Assembly: GCA_018658685.1 (NCBI GenBank)
Contig: JABHUT010000145.1
Location: 1 to 34,022 of the forward strand
Source: Alphaproteobacteria bacterium
GTDB lineage: Bacteria > Pseudomonadota > Alphaproteobacteria > MED-G09
Length of the DNA: 34,022 nucleotides
Direction: 5' to 3'
The position numbers were made by a program, and so were the translations under genes. Each line of letters opens with the position of its first letter. Position 1 is the stretch's first letter. The notes under the pieces are model-generated. The model searched no databases, had not been told where the DNA came from, and saw only the letters and a program-made list of their open reading frames with translations. This document shows positions 1 through 8,635 of this stretch, one piece after another.

Positions 1-405
1 AATTCTAAATGATTCATCGCTAACTATCGGAGGATAAACATCTTGCGGTATAGATGTGATTGCATCAACTTTTCTCTTTACATCTTGAATAAGCGTATCA
101 ATATTTGCTGCAAGCGTTGCTTCAACATACATAGTTCCAAAATTTTCTCTTGAAACAGATCTTATTTTTTTTATTCCGTCTAGATCAGTAAGCGACTCCT
201 CAGCTCTTGTAATGACTTGATCTTCAATCTCTTTTGGAGACGCTCCAGGCCAAGAATATTGCACTGAAACTATAGGCGCAGTTATTATAGGAAATACTTC
301 TTTTTCTATTCTTGAAAAAGTCATAACCCCCAATATAATTATACTAGCCATAAGCAGATTCGCAGCTTTTGAATTTCTAACCCACCATGAGATAATTTTT
401 AACAT
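1..405 (-). CDS. RND efflux permease (AcrB-type inner-membrane pump), N-terminal 135 aa only; continues beyond window start
   Basis: Not in the ORF track because there is no stop in the window. Hand translation of the minus strand from ATG 405..403 gives MLKIISWWVRNSKAANLLMASIIILGVMTFSRIEKEVFPIITAPIVSVQYSWPGASPKEIEDQVITRAEESLTDLDGIKKIRSVSRENFGTMYVEATL..., open to base 1. TM1 is followed by the first periplasmic loop pattern typical of RND pumps. It starts 6 nt after the adaptor gene stop. Confidence 0.75.
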   Translation of the reverse strand, partial: MLKIISWWVRNSKAANLLMASIIILGVMTFSRIEKEVFPIITAPIVSVQYSWPGASPKEIEDQVITRAEESLTDLDGIKKIRSVSRENFGTMYVEATLAANIDTLIQDVKRKVDAITSIPQDVYPPIVSDESFRI

Positions 406-411
406 AATTAA

Positions 412-1587
412 CTAACCGCCAATATCTTTATCTAGTAAAATTGGTGTCAAAGCCATGCCTTCTTCCGCAGTATTAAGAGGGGAGGCAACAACACGCATAC
501 CTTCATTAATATCCCCTTTGACAACCAAGTAATCATTAACAACTCCAAAAATTTCTATTTTCTTTATTCTTAAATAATTTTCATCATCAATTGTATAAAT
601 TGCTCCATCATTTGTTATAGATGAGTTGGGTATTAGAAATGCATCATTAATTGTTTTTCCTTCAATTTCAGCATCCACGAACATTCCAATAGCCAAAGGA
701 GGAGTTTGATCATATGGATTCATAACTTCGGCATAAACATAAACTAACCTTGTTGGCGGATCTATAGATCCTGCTGTTCTGGTTATCCTTCCTTTCCACT
801 CATATTTTTTATCTGACACGTAAGAATAAAAATTCACCATTGGGCTCGAATTAAATTCTCCCTGATAAGCTAATGGAACTCCAAGATAAGATAACTCTGT
901 ATCGGTCAAGGGAAGTGCAATTAGAACCTGTTCAGTTGAAAAAGCAGAAGCTAATATACTTCCAGCTCCAACAAATTGACCAATACCTGTAATTTTTTTC
1001 TTAATTATTCCTTCAAATGGAAGCGTTACAATAGTTCTTTCTAAATTTAGTTTAGCCCTTTCAAGATTTGCGTTTGCTGCATTAACATTTGCTTCAGCTT
1101 CTTTTAATTGAGGTATTCTTAATGTTAAAGGATTTGCATCACCAATTCCTAATTCTTCCCAATCACGTTTAGCTAGTTCGCTTTCAGCTATTTCTCTTTC
1201 GAGTAATTTTTTTGCTTTGGCGACATTAGATTCTGCAGAAATTACTGCTAATTTATAATCTCTATCATCTATCCATATGAGAGGAGTATTAGCTTGGATA
1301 ATGCCACCGTCAACAAATTCATCTGCTGCGTCAACTATTTTACCTGAAACTTGTGATATTAAATTAATTTCATTTAGTGGTTTGACTTCACCATTAGTTT
1401 TAATTTTAAGAGTTACATTTTGTTTCTTTAATATTTCATAAAATACAGGTGTGGGTTTAGGAAATTCTATTCCTTTTTTTGGTTTAGGGCTCGATACAGA
1501 AATTATAAAAGCTAACAATATGCCACTAAAGATTACAAATAGTGGAGCAAATCTTGTTCCCAAAATTTTTTTTATTATTTTTTTCAT
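412..1587 (-). CDS. Efflux RND periplasmic adaptor (membrane fusion protein, HlyD/AcrA family)
   Basis: 391-aa ORF with an N-terminal membrane anchor (FAPLFVIFSGILLAFIISV). It has a coiled-coil hairpin (AESNVAKAKKLLEREIAESELAKRDWEELG ... EAEANVNAANANLERAKLNLERT) flanked by beta-rich segments. It is contiguous with the OMP gene upstream and the RND gene downstream. Confidence 0.85.
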   Translation of the reverse strand: MKKIIKKILGTRFAPLFVIFSGILLAFIISVSSPKPKKGIEFPKPTPVFYEILKKQNVTLKIKTNGEVKPLNEINLISQVSGKIVDAADEFVDGGIIQANTPLIWIDDRDYKLAVISAESNVAKAKKLLEREIAESELAKRDWEELGIGDANPLTLRIPQLKEAEANVNAANANLERAKLNLERTIVTLPFEGIIKKKITGIGQFVGAGSILASAFSTEQVLIALPLTDTELSYLGVPLAYQGEFNSSPMVNFYSYVSDKKYEWKGRITRTAGSIDPPTRLVYVYAEVMNPYDQTPPLAIGMFVDAEIEGKTINDAFLIPNSSITNDGAIYTIDDENYLRIKKIEIFGVVNDYLVVKGDINEGMRVVASPLNTAEEGMALTPILLDKDIGG

Positions 1588-3003
1588 TTATTTTTCACTT
1601 TCAAATGCAGGTGTTGCAATAGCCATATACATTTTTATTCTATTTGTAAGCCTTAATCTTTTTGCATTAATTAAAAGGCTTTCGGCATTAAGTCTTCTTG
1701 ATTGTGAATCTAAAAGTTCAAAAATTGTACTTAGACCCCTATTATATTGCTCCAAAGTTAATTCTTCTGCCGCTTTAGATTCCTTGAAAGATTTATTAAT
1801 TGCATTTTCTCTTTTTTCTAAGGTTTCTTCAGCAGCTATTGCATTCTCTGCTTCCTGAGCAGCTTCAAGGAGGGCTTGCGAGTAATTCTCTAAAATAGAC
1901 TCCAATTGAGCTTTTTTGATTTGAGAGTCTGCAACTCTTTTTCCACCCTGAAAAATACTTTGAGTTAAAGAGCCAATTAATGAACCAGCTAATCTTTTTG
2001 GCTCAAGGGCATCAGACCAATTATCATCTAAAGTACTCCATTGAGCGTTAAGTGATAGGCGGGGTAAAAACGCTAATCGAGTGGAAGTTAGCTGTAAACC
2101 AGCTGACTCAATTCTAGCCTCTAATACTCTGATATCTGGCCTTAGTGGAAGTCTCTCTGAGGGAGTTCCAATATCTGGATTCTCCGGTAAATTCGGTAAG
2201 CCACCAGGAGTTATGGAAGCATTTGGATATCTTCCTATTATAACCTCAAGAGTCCTTGCGGTTTCATAAAGTATTTGTTGTCTATTGATCAGATCGGCTC
2301 TTGAAGACTCTAATTGTGACCTTGCCAATCTTAAATCCCTACTTTGCGCGATACCTTTTTTATATCTATTTTCAACTCTTTTTAGGGTACTTAATCTTGT
2401 TTCAAGATTTCTTTCTGCCAAATCTTTTTGAAGCTTTGCTTCAGAAAAAATATACCATGATTGAGCTGTTATCCCAGCAATAGAAAGCTTTACAAATTCA
2501 TAATCAGCCTCGGCAGCCTCAGACTCTCTATATGCAGCACGAGATTGCCTTGAGAGTCTTCCCCATACATCAGCCTCCCAATTTAATTGAACACCTAAAC
2601 TATCCTTATATGAATACAATCTATCAATATCACCATTAGCTTCGATAGTTGTGGATAATTGATTTTTTGATAAGGAGGCGCTTATAGACGGCAGTAAGGG
2701 TGCTATTGATGCTCTAGATGATGCTCTCGCAATATCTAGTCTATTTGATGCAACTCTAAGATTTCTATTATTTTCTATAGCTTCAATGATAATATTTTTT
2801 AATTCTTTGTCTTTAAAGGTTTCAACCCAAGCGTCTATATTTTTGAGAGATTGATAGGATGTTGACCAATCAGATGGAAGAGATGGTAGATCTTTCTCAA
2901 ATTTATCTTTAGTTGAAGAGCAGCCTGAGATAGTTACTAGAAGTAATATTATCAAAGTATTTTTTGTTTTTCTTTTTACTGTATTGAAATAATTTAAAAA
3001 CAT
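1588..3003 (-). CDS. Efflux outer-membrane lipoprotein, NodT/OprM (TolC-like) family
   Basis: 471-aa ORF with lipobox LVTISG-C (Cys28) after a basic/hydrophobic signal peptide. Two long alpha-helical/coiled-coil repeats are typical of outer membrane factor proteins. Its stop abuts the adaptor start codon. Confidence 0.85.
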   Translation of the reverse strand: MFLNYFNTVKRKTKNTLIILLLVTISGCSSTKDKFEKDLPSLPSDWSTSYQSLKNIDAWVETFKDKELKNIIIEAIENNRNLRVASNRLDIARASSRASIAPLLPSISASLSKNQLSTTIEANGDIDRLYSYKDSLGVQLNWEADVWGRLSRQSRAAYRESEAAEADYEFVKLSIAGITAQSWYIFSEAKLQKDLAERNLETRLSTLKRVENRYKKGIAQSRDLRLARSQLESSRADLINRQQILYETARTLEVIIGRYPNASITPGGLPNLPENPDIGTPSERLPLRPDIRVLEARIESAGLQLTSTRLAFLPRLSLNAQWSTLDDNWSDALEPKRLAGSLIGSLTQSIFQGGKRVADSQIKKAQLESILENYSQALLEAAQEAENAIAAEETLEKRENAINKSFKESKAAEELTLEQYNRGLSTIFELLDSQSRRLNAESLLINAKRLRLTNRIKMYMAIATPAFESEK

Positions 3004-3160
3004 TACCGCCCTAACAACAGAATCAAATATATCATAACATTATTTTATTAAACTAATATGCAATAAGTATTATGAATTTATCATTTTTATGAATAGTATT
3101 AATTTCAATTTAAAATGTCTAAATTCACAATTTCTAATTAATTAAAAAAAGGTTTAAAAA

Positions 3161-3682
3161 ATGGTTAAATTTTCAAAAGAAATTGGCCCTAATCATTACC
3201 GCGAAACTTTCGGTCGATATTTCGAAGATTTTAAAGTAGGCGATATTTACGAGCATAGGCCTGGAAAAACGGTAACAGAGTATGACAATCATTTGTTCAC
3301 TCTTATGACCCTTAATACTCATCCACTTCATTTTGATGCTGAGTTTGGGAAAGGTACAGAATTTAAACAAAATCTTGTTGTGTCCACTTATACCTTATCT
3401 CTTTTAATTGGTATGAGCGTCTCAGACTGCAGTCAAAAAGCCGTGGCTAATTTAGGTATGACTGATGTGAAATTTACTTTACCTGTCTTTTGCGGCGATA
3501 CAATTTATGGATCATCTGAGGTTCTTGATAAACGAGAGTCAAAGTCAAGGAAGGGTCAAGGTATAGTTGAGATTAAAACAACAGGCACTAATCAAGATAA
3601 TAAAGTTGTTTGCACTTTTCTAAGACAAATATTGATACCTGCAAAAGGTCATGCGGTTGAGGACAAAATTGAAAATTATTAA
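3161..3682 (+). CDS. MaoC-like (R)-specific enoyl-CoA hydratase / acyl dehydratase (single hot-dog)
   Basis: 173 aa. The hydratase-2-like segment is HLFTLMTLNTHPLHFDAEFG and the C-terminal hot-dog wrap is GDTIYGSSEVLDKRESKSRKGQGIVEIKTTGTNQDNKVV. First gene of a 3-gene operon. Confidence 0.8.
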   Translation: MVKFSKEIGPNHYRETFGRYFEDFKVGDIYEHRPGKTVTEYDNHLFTLMTLNTHPLHFDAEFGKGTEFKQNLVVSTYTLSLLIGMSVSDCSQKAVANLGMTDVKFTLPVFCGDTIYGSSEVLDKRESKSRKGQGIVEIKTTGTNQDNKVVCTFLRQILIPAKGHAVEDKIENY

Positions 3683-3708
3683 TAATTACAAAAAATAGGT
3701 GTAATAAA

Positions 3709-4482
3709 ATGAATGAATCAATATTTAGCCTAAAGGGTAAAACAGCTCTGGTCACTGGTGCGGGAACAGGAGTTGGTGCATCATTAGCAATGACTCTTTC
3801 AAAGGCTGGAGCAAAAGTTGCTTTAGCTGCTAGAAGAGTAGAAAAATTAAAAGAAACTGAAGAAAAAATTTCTGAATCTGGAGGAATTGCAAAAAGCTTC
3901 TCTCTTGATGTTTCGAGTGAAAAGAATGTTCAAGATTGTTTGGAGTCTATAAGTAAAGAAATAGATGAAATCGATATTCTAGTGAATAATGCTGGGACAA
4001 CAACTGTTGCATCTATTGATGGAACAACCTCTGAAGATTGGGATACGGTAATAAATACTAACTTGAGAGGTCCATGGTATTTAGCTAAAGAGTGGGTCAA
4101 GAGAAGAAGAAGTAATGATTTAAGTGGAGGAAATGTGCTTAATATCTCCTCAATAACGGGTGAAGCAGTTCAAAAAGGAAACGGAGTGTATTGTGTTTCA
4201 AAAGCTGGCCTTTCTCACTTAACAAGACAAATGGCATTAGAATGGGCAAAATACGGGATAAGGGTTAATTCATTAGCCCCAGGCTATATGAGAACCGATA
4301 TAAATAAAGAATTCATAGATTCTGATATAAGCAATGATATGATTAAAAGGATTCCAATGCGAAGAGTTGGTTCAATTGATGAAATGGATGGAGCGCTTTT
4401 ATTACTCGTAAGTGACGCTGGTTCCTATATAACTGGTTCAACACTTATTGTTGATGGCGGTCATTTATTGAGAGATTTATAA
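3709..4482 (+). CDS. Short-chain dehydrogenase/reductase (classical SDR)
   Basis: 257 aa with TGAGTGVG dinucleotide-binding motif, NNAG, and catalytic YCVSK (YxxxK) preceded by SSITG. Confidence 0.9.
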   Translation: MNESIFSLKGKTALVTGAGTGVGASLAMTLSKAGAKVALAARRVEKLKETEEKISESGGIAKSFSLDVSSEKNVQDCLESISKEIDEIDILVNNAGTTTVASIDGTTSEDWDTVINTNLRGPWYLAKEWVKRRRSNDLSGGNVLNISSITGEAVQKGNGVYCVSKAGLSHLTRQMALEWAKYGIRVNSLAPGYMRTDINKEFIDSDISNDMIKRIPMRRVGSIDEMDGALLLLVSDAGSYITGSTLIVDGGHLLRDL

Positions 4483-4483
4483 A

Positions 4484-5068
4484 ATGAAAGAAATTGATTT
4501 CTATTTTGACTTTGGAAGTCCAACTTCCTATCTAGCTTATACACAACTTACTTTAATGGCCGAGAGAAACAATGCTGAGCTAATTTTTTATCCTATTCTC
4601 CTTGGAGGAATTTTTAAAGCTACAGGAAATAGTCCACCTGCAGCAGTTCCTGCAAAAGGTAAGTACATGATGGTAGACCTTCAAAGATTTGCTGATAAAT
4701 ATAAAGTTCCTTATGCGAGAAACCCATTTTTTCCTGTAAACACTCTTCCTTTAATGCGAGGAGCAGTTTCTTATCAGAACAATGGAGACTTTAAAAAGTA
4801 CGTAAATGTAATGTTTGAAAACATGTGGATTAAACCAAAAAATTTAAATGATATAGAAATATTGAAAACAGTTTTAACAGATAATGGTTTTGATCAGCAT
4901 GATTTCATTGAAAGAATTTCAGATCAAAATGTTAAAGAAAAATTAATTTTAAATACTGAAAATGCAGTTCAAAAAGGCATATTTGGAGCTCCAACTGTTT
5001 TTGTTGGAGATGAAATGTTTTTTGGTCAGGATAGACTAGATTTTATAGAAGATCTTATAAGTCATTAA
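4484..5068 (+). CDS. 2-hydroxychromene-2-carboxylate isomerase family protein (DsbA-like / GST-kappa-like)
   Basis: 194 aa. N-terminal DFYFDFGSPTSYLA and C-terminal FGAPTVFVGDEMFFGQDRLDFIE follow the pattern I recall for NahD-type HCCA isomerases. SPxS stands in place of the CxxC of true DsbA. Starts 1 nt after the SDR stop. Confidence 0.8.
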   Translation: MKEIDFYFDFGSPTSYLAYTQLTLMAERNNAELIFYPILLGGIFKATGNSPPAAVPAKGKYMMVDLQRFADKYKVPYARNPFFPVNTLPLMRGAVSYQNNGDFKKYVNVMFENMWIKPKNLNDIEILKTVLTDNGFDQHDFIERISDQNVKEKLILNTENAVQKGIFGAPTVFVGDEMFFGQDRLDFIEDLISH

Positions 5069-5153
5069 ATTTATTATAAAATTTTAACTTTATTTAATAA
5101 ATTTTTATAAAAATTATCATTATTTTACATCAAAAATTTATAATTAGAAAAAG

Positions 5154-5171
5154 TTGGTATCCTTCTTGCAT
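5154..5171 (+). promoter_or_regulatory. Candidate sigma-54 (-24/-12) promoter for the porin-amt operon
   Basis: TTGGTATCCTTCTTGCAT compared with consensus YTGGCACGrNNNTTGCW. GG (5156-5157) and GC (5168-5169) sit at the canonical 12-nt offset and the -12 TTGCA is perfect. It lies 44 nt upstream of the porin ATG. The -24 half is degenerate (TGGTAT). Confidence 0.35.
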
Positions 5172-5214
5172 ATTAATACATGCGAATTACGCAAATAACT
5201 TTATGGAGGAGTAA

Positions 5215-5862
5215 ATGATTTTTAAAAAGACACAAAATAAAATTAAAAAATTTGCATGTGCAATGATTCTTAGTGTCACTATGTCGGGAATGGCCTTAGC
5301 TGCTGTTGAGTGGAATACTGCTGTAACAAGTGAATATATATGGCGAGGAATGTCTCAAGGTAAGGGTGCTGCTGTTTCAGGTGGTATCGATGTTTCTGGT
5401 GAATCTGGTTTTTCTGCTGGCGTTTGGGTATCCAATGTAGATTTTGGTGACAATGCTACTTATGAATTAGATGTTTATGCAGGGTATAGTTTTGGACCTG
5501 TAAGTGTTGGTTATATTTATTATGCTTACCCAGATAATACTGATGAAGGGTATGATTTTAGTGAAGTAAATATTTCTGCTGATATAGGAGCTTTTTCTAT
5601 AGGGGCTAATATTTTGGCTGATGCTGACTGGGATATGGATTTTGGTGATGACGTTTATTATACACTTGATACTGGTTTCGCAGCTACAGAAGCTATTGGT
5701 ATTAGTTTTCACCTTGGTTTTTACGACTATGACGCAGGCGATGAAGAAACAGATTACGGAATCTCAATTGATTTTGACTCTGGATTCTCATTTGGAATAA
5801 TTGACAGCAGTAGAGATGACAGTGACCCATTCTTCGTAATCACTTACTCTATTGGCGGCTAA
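5215..5862 (+). CDS. TorF-family (TIGR02001 / Gcw_chp-type) putative outer-membrane porin
   Basis: 215 aa with a signal peptide ending ALA-AVE. NTAVTSEYIWRGMSQGKGAAVSGGIDVSGESGFSAGVWVSNVDFGDNATYELDVYAGYSF matches the family pattern (TSdYvfRGisQ...GfyaGvWaSnVdf...EiDlYgGy). It is aromatic/Gly/Asp-rich with beta-strand periodicity to the C-terminus. Confidence 0.7.
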   Translation: MIFKKTQNKIKKFACAMILSVTMSGMALAAVEWNTAVTSEYIWRGMSQGKGAAVSGGIDVSGESGFSAGVWVSNVDFGDNATYELDVYAGYSFGPVSVGYIYYAYPDNTDEGYDFSEVNISADIGAFSIGANILADADWDMDFGDDVYYTLDTGFAATEAIGISFHLGFYDYDAGDEETDYGISIDFDSGFSFGIIDSSRDDSDPFFVITYSIGG

Positions 5863-5897
5863 TTGAATATCTAACTTATAAATAATTGGAAATTAAA

Positions 5898-7190
5898 ATG
5901 AAAAATTTAATAAAAAAAGTATTAGTGATTGCCGGGTTTAGTTGCCTAGTATTCACTGGAACAGCTAATGCAGAAGTTAGTGCAGAGACAGCTTATGTAT
6001 TTAATACATTTTCTTTCTTGGTCCATGGCTTCCTAGTTATGCTGATGGCATTAGGCTTTACTTGTCTTGAGGCTGGTTTAGTTAGAACCAAAAACACTGC
6101 AACAATATGCTTAAAAAATGTTGCTCTCTATAGTCTTGCTGGAATTATGTTCTACTTAATTGGTTACGGTTTAATGTATAATGACGTAAATGGTTACATT
6201 GGATCAGCAGCGTTATGGAATCCTGAAACAACAGTAGACTCAGGTGACGGATATTCTAAAATGTCAGATTGGTTCTTCCAAATGGTATTTTGTGCAACTG
6301 CTATGTCTATTGTTAGTGGAACTATTGCCGAGAGAATTAAATTAGTACCTTTCTTAATTTTTGCTATTTTCCTTACTGGAATAATATACCCAATTCAAGG
6401 TTCTTGGACTTGGGGTGGCGGATGGTTATCTGAGATGGGTTTCTCTGATTTTGCAGGTTCAACAATTGTTCATTCAGTCGGTGGTTGGGCTGCACTAACA
6501 GGTGCTTTGATTATTGGTCCCCGTATTGGTAAATATGGTCCAAATGGCCAGGTTAATGCTATACCAGGGTCAAATCTTCCACTAGCAACTATAGGTACAT
6601 TTATCCTATGGTTTGGATGGTTTGGGTTTAACGGCGGTTCTCAATTAGCCTTAGGGTCAGCCGCTGATGCTGCAGCAATAGCAAATGTTTACGTAAATAC
6701 CAACATGGCTGCTTGCGCTGGTTTAGTTGCAGCTCTTATTTTATCAATTCTTCTTTATAAAAAGACTGATTTAACATTTGTTCTTAATGGTGCCTTAGCT
6801 GGTCTAGTTGCAATAACTGCAGGTCCAGATGTAGCAACTCCATTACAAGCAATGATTATAGGAGCTATTGGTGGTATTCTAACAACTCTTGCAATACCTC
6901 TTTTAGATAAAATTGGTATTGATGATGTAGTTGGCGCAATTTCAGTTCATCTTGTATCAGGTATATGGGGAACTTTAGCCGTAGCAATTCCAGGCTTAAA
7001 TGGAAGTGGCGATATAGGAACCCAGATAATTGGTATTGTATCAATTGGTCTCTTTACTGTAATTCTCAGTGGAATTGGATGGTTTGCTCTTAAGGCCATC
7101 TATGGCTTGAGACCTTCAGAAGAAGAAGAAAATATTGGGTTAGACATTTCGGAATTAGGAATGGATGCTTACCCAGAATTTAAAAACTAG
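5898..7190 (+). CDS. amt: Ammonium transporter (Amt family)
   Basis: The track ORF begins at TTG 5886, but ATG 5898 (MKNLIKKVLV...) is the more likely start. It has a cleavable-type signal sequence (...TGTANA-EV) and is multi-TM. Amt signatures FSDFAGSTIVHSVGGWAALTGALIIGPRIGKY and VVGAISVHLVSGIWGTL supply the twin-His pore residues. Confidence 0.93.
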   Translation: MKNLIKKVLVIAGFSCLVFTGTANAEVSAETAYVFNTFSFLVHGFLVMLMALGFTCLEAGLVRTKNTATICLKNVALYSLAGIMFYLIGYGLMYNDVNGYIGSAALWNPETTVDSGDGYSKMSDWFFQMVFCATAMSIVSGTIAERIKLVPFLIFAIFLTGIIYPIQGSWTWGGGWLSEMGFSDFAGSTIVHSVGGWAALTGALIIGPRIGKYGPNGQVNAIPGSNLPLATIGTFILWFGWFGFNGGSQLALGSAADAAAIANVYVNTNMAACAGLVAALILSILLYKKTDLTFVLNGALAGLVAITAGPDVATPLQAMIIGAIGGILTTLAIPLLDKIGIDDVVGAISVHLVSGIWGTLAVAIPGLNGSGDIGTQIIGIVSIGLFTVILSGIGWFALKAIYGLRPSEEEENIGLDISELGMDAYPEFKN

Positions 7191-7232
7191 TCATAGATAG
7201 GTTTCCTCCCCCCCAAGAAAAACCAATGACTA

Positions 7233-7269
7233 AAACCACCGTACTTTATCCCCTGAAGTACGGTGGTTT
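7233..7269. terminator. Bidirectional intrinsic terminator hairpin between convergent amt and FAD-oxidase genes
   Basis: Perfect 14-bp stem AAACCACCGTACTT (7233-7246) / AAGTACGGTGGTTT (7256-7269) with a 9-nt loop. On the minus strand it is followed by TTTTAG. On the plus strand the stem ends in TTT followed by A/T. The minus-strand gene stop (7268-7270) lies in the stem edge. Confidence 0.7.
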
Positions 7270-8623
7270 AAAATATTTTACCGGGATTCATTATATTATT
7301 AGGATCAAGTGCTTTTTTTATTTGAGCCATAACGTCTACTGATATTCCTTTTTCTTTTCTTAGATGTTCTTTTTTCCCCAAACCTATTCCATGTTCACCT
7401 GTACATGTTCCGCCCATCTTTAATGCTCTAGTAACGAGTCTGTCATTAATATCTTTTGCCTCGTTAACTTCATCTTCATTTTCAGGATCAAGTAATAAAA
7501 TCAAATGAAAGTTTCCATCACCAACATGCCCAACGATTGGAGCAATAATAGTTGAGGATTCTAAATCTTTTTTTGTTTCTAAAATACATTCTGTTAAAGA
7601 GGAAATCGGAACACAAATATCAGTTGTAAAACTTTTTTTTCCAGGTGCTAAACTTAATGCAGCATAAAGTGCGCTATGGCGTGCACTCCAAAGTTTGTCT
7701 ATTTCTTCTTGCTGGTCCGACCAGTTAAAATTAATTAAACTATTTTCTTTAGCAATTTCTTCAAATTTTTCTATCTGCTCCCTAACACCAAGAGGTGTTC
7801 CATGAATTTCTATAAATAAAGTGGGTTTTTCTTCATGACTAGTTTTTTTGTATTGATTAATAGCCTTAATTTGCAGCTCATCTAAAAGTTCAATTCTAGA
7901 TAGAGGAAGACCAATTTGGATAGCTTCGATGACAGTATTTACTGCTCCGTCAAGCTCTGAAAAGCTACATACGCCAGCAGAAATAGCCTCAGGCCTTCCA
8001 TGTAACCTTAGGCTAATTTCAGAAATAAATCCTAACGTTCCTTCTGATCCTAGCATTAGGTGCGTTAGATCATATCCAGCCGATGATTTCCTTGCCCTTG
8101 AACCTGTTTGGATTATTTTACCATCAGGCATAATGACCTCTAAGCCAATAACTTGTTCTCGAATAGTACCGTATTTTACTGTATTTGTTCCTGATGCTCC
8201 AGTTGAACACATACCCCCAATAGATGCATTAGCGCCCGGATCAACTGGAAAGAATAATCCCGTATCTCTCAAAAAGGAGTTTAATTCTTCACGTGTTACA
8301 CCTGCTTGAACTCTACAATCCATATCTTCCATATTAACCTGAATAACTTTATTCATATTTCTTGAGTCAATTGTAATACCGCCATTTACAGCATGCACAT
8401 GACCCTCGAGTGCCGTCCCAGTTCCATAAGGTATTACAGGAATATTATTTTTAGAGGCAAAAGAAATTATTCTGGATACTTCATTTGATGTTTCAGGAAA
8501 AACTACTGCATCCGGAAGATTTTCAGGAACATGCCAAGATTCATCATGGCTGTGTTGAGATCTAACTGATTCAGAGGTTACTAATCTATCACCAAATAAA
8601 TTTTCTAATTCAGATAAATCCAT
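7268..8623 (-). CDS. FAD-linked oxidase, GlcD / D-lactate (D-2-hydroxyacid) dehydrogenase family
   Basis: 451 aa. The PCMH-type FAD-binding N-domain includes IPVIPYGTGTALEGH and ASIGGMCSTGASGT. The C-terminal FAD-oxidase_C signature is GGTCTGEHGIGLGKKEHL ... MNPGKIF. Confidence 0.8.
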   Translation of the reverse strand: MDLSELENLFGDRLVTSESVRSQHSHDESWHVPENLPDAVVFPETSNEVSRIISFASKNNIPVIPYGTGTALEGHVHAVNGGITIDSRNMNKVIQVNMEDMDCRVQAGVTREELNSFLRDTGLFFPVDPGANASIGGMCSTGASGTNTVKYGTIREQVIGLEVIMPDGKIIQTGSRARKSSAGYDLTHLMLGSEGTLGFISEISLRLHGRPEAISAGVCSFSELDGAVNTVIEAIQIGLPLSRIELLDELQIKAINQYKKTSHEEKPTLFIEIHGTPLGVREQIEKFEEIAKENSLINFNWSDQQEEIDKLWSARHSALYAALSLAPGKKSFTTDICVPISSLTECILETKKDLESSTIIAPIVGHVGDGNFHLILLLDPENEDEVNEAKDINDRLVTRALKMGGTCTGEHGIGLGKKEHLRKEKGISVDVMAQIKKALDPNNIMNPGKIF

Positions 8624-8635
8624 TTTTATAAAATT

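Noticed and set aside
1451-1858. 135-aa plus-strand ORF spanning the adaptor/OMP junction
   Set aside because: It lies entirely antisense to two well-supported efflux genes. The sequence is low-complexity and hydrophobic, as expected from the reverse complement of AT-rich coding DNA. No RBS is present.
1-3003. Calling the efflux system czcCBA heavy-metal efflux because of gene order
   Set aside because: Only 135 aa of the pump are visible, and they contain none of the diagnostic transmembrane motifs. Gene order alone is insufficient.
3066-3101. Permuted repeat AGTATTA/TATGAAT (AGTATTATGAAT ... TATGAATAGTATTA) upstream of the MaoC operon
   Set aside because: These are short, all-A/T-rich words in a 157-nt AT-rich spacer. 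There is no symmetry consistent with a binding site, and the repeat is not distinguishable from chance.
7208-7214. C7 homopolymer just after the amt stop as a slipped-strand phase-variation tract
   Set aside because: It lies in the 3' untranslated spacer between a stop codon and the terminator hairpin, with no reading frame or promoter spacing to be affected.
7929-8309. 126-aa plus-strand ORF
   Set aside because: It is a shadow of the FAD-linked oxidase gene on the minus strand. Pro/Ser-rich translation with no motif.
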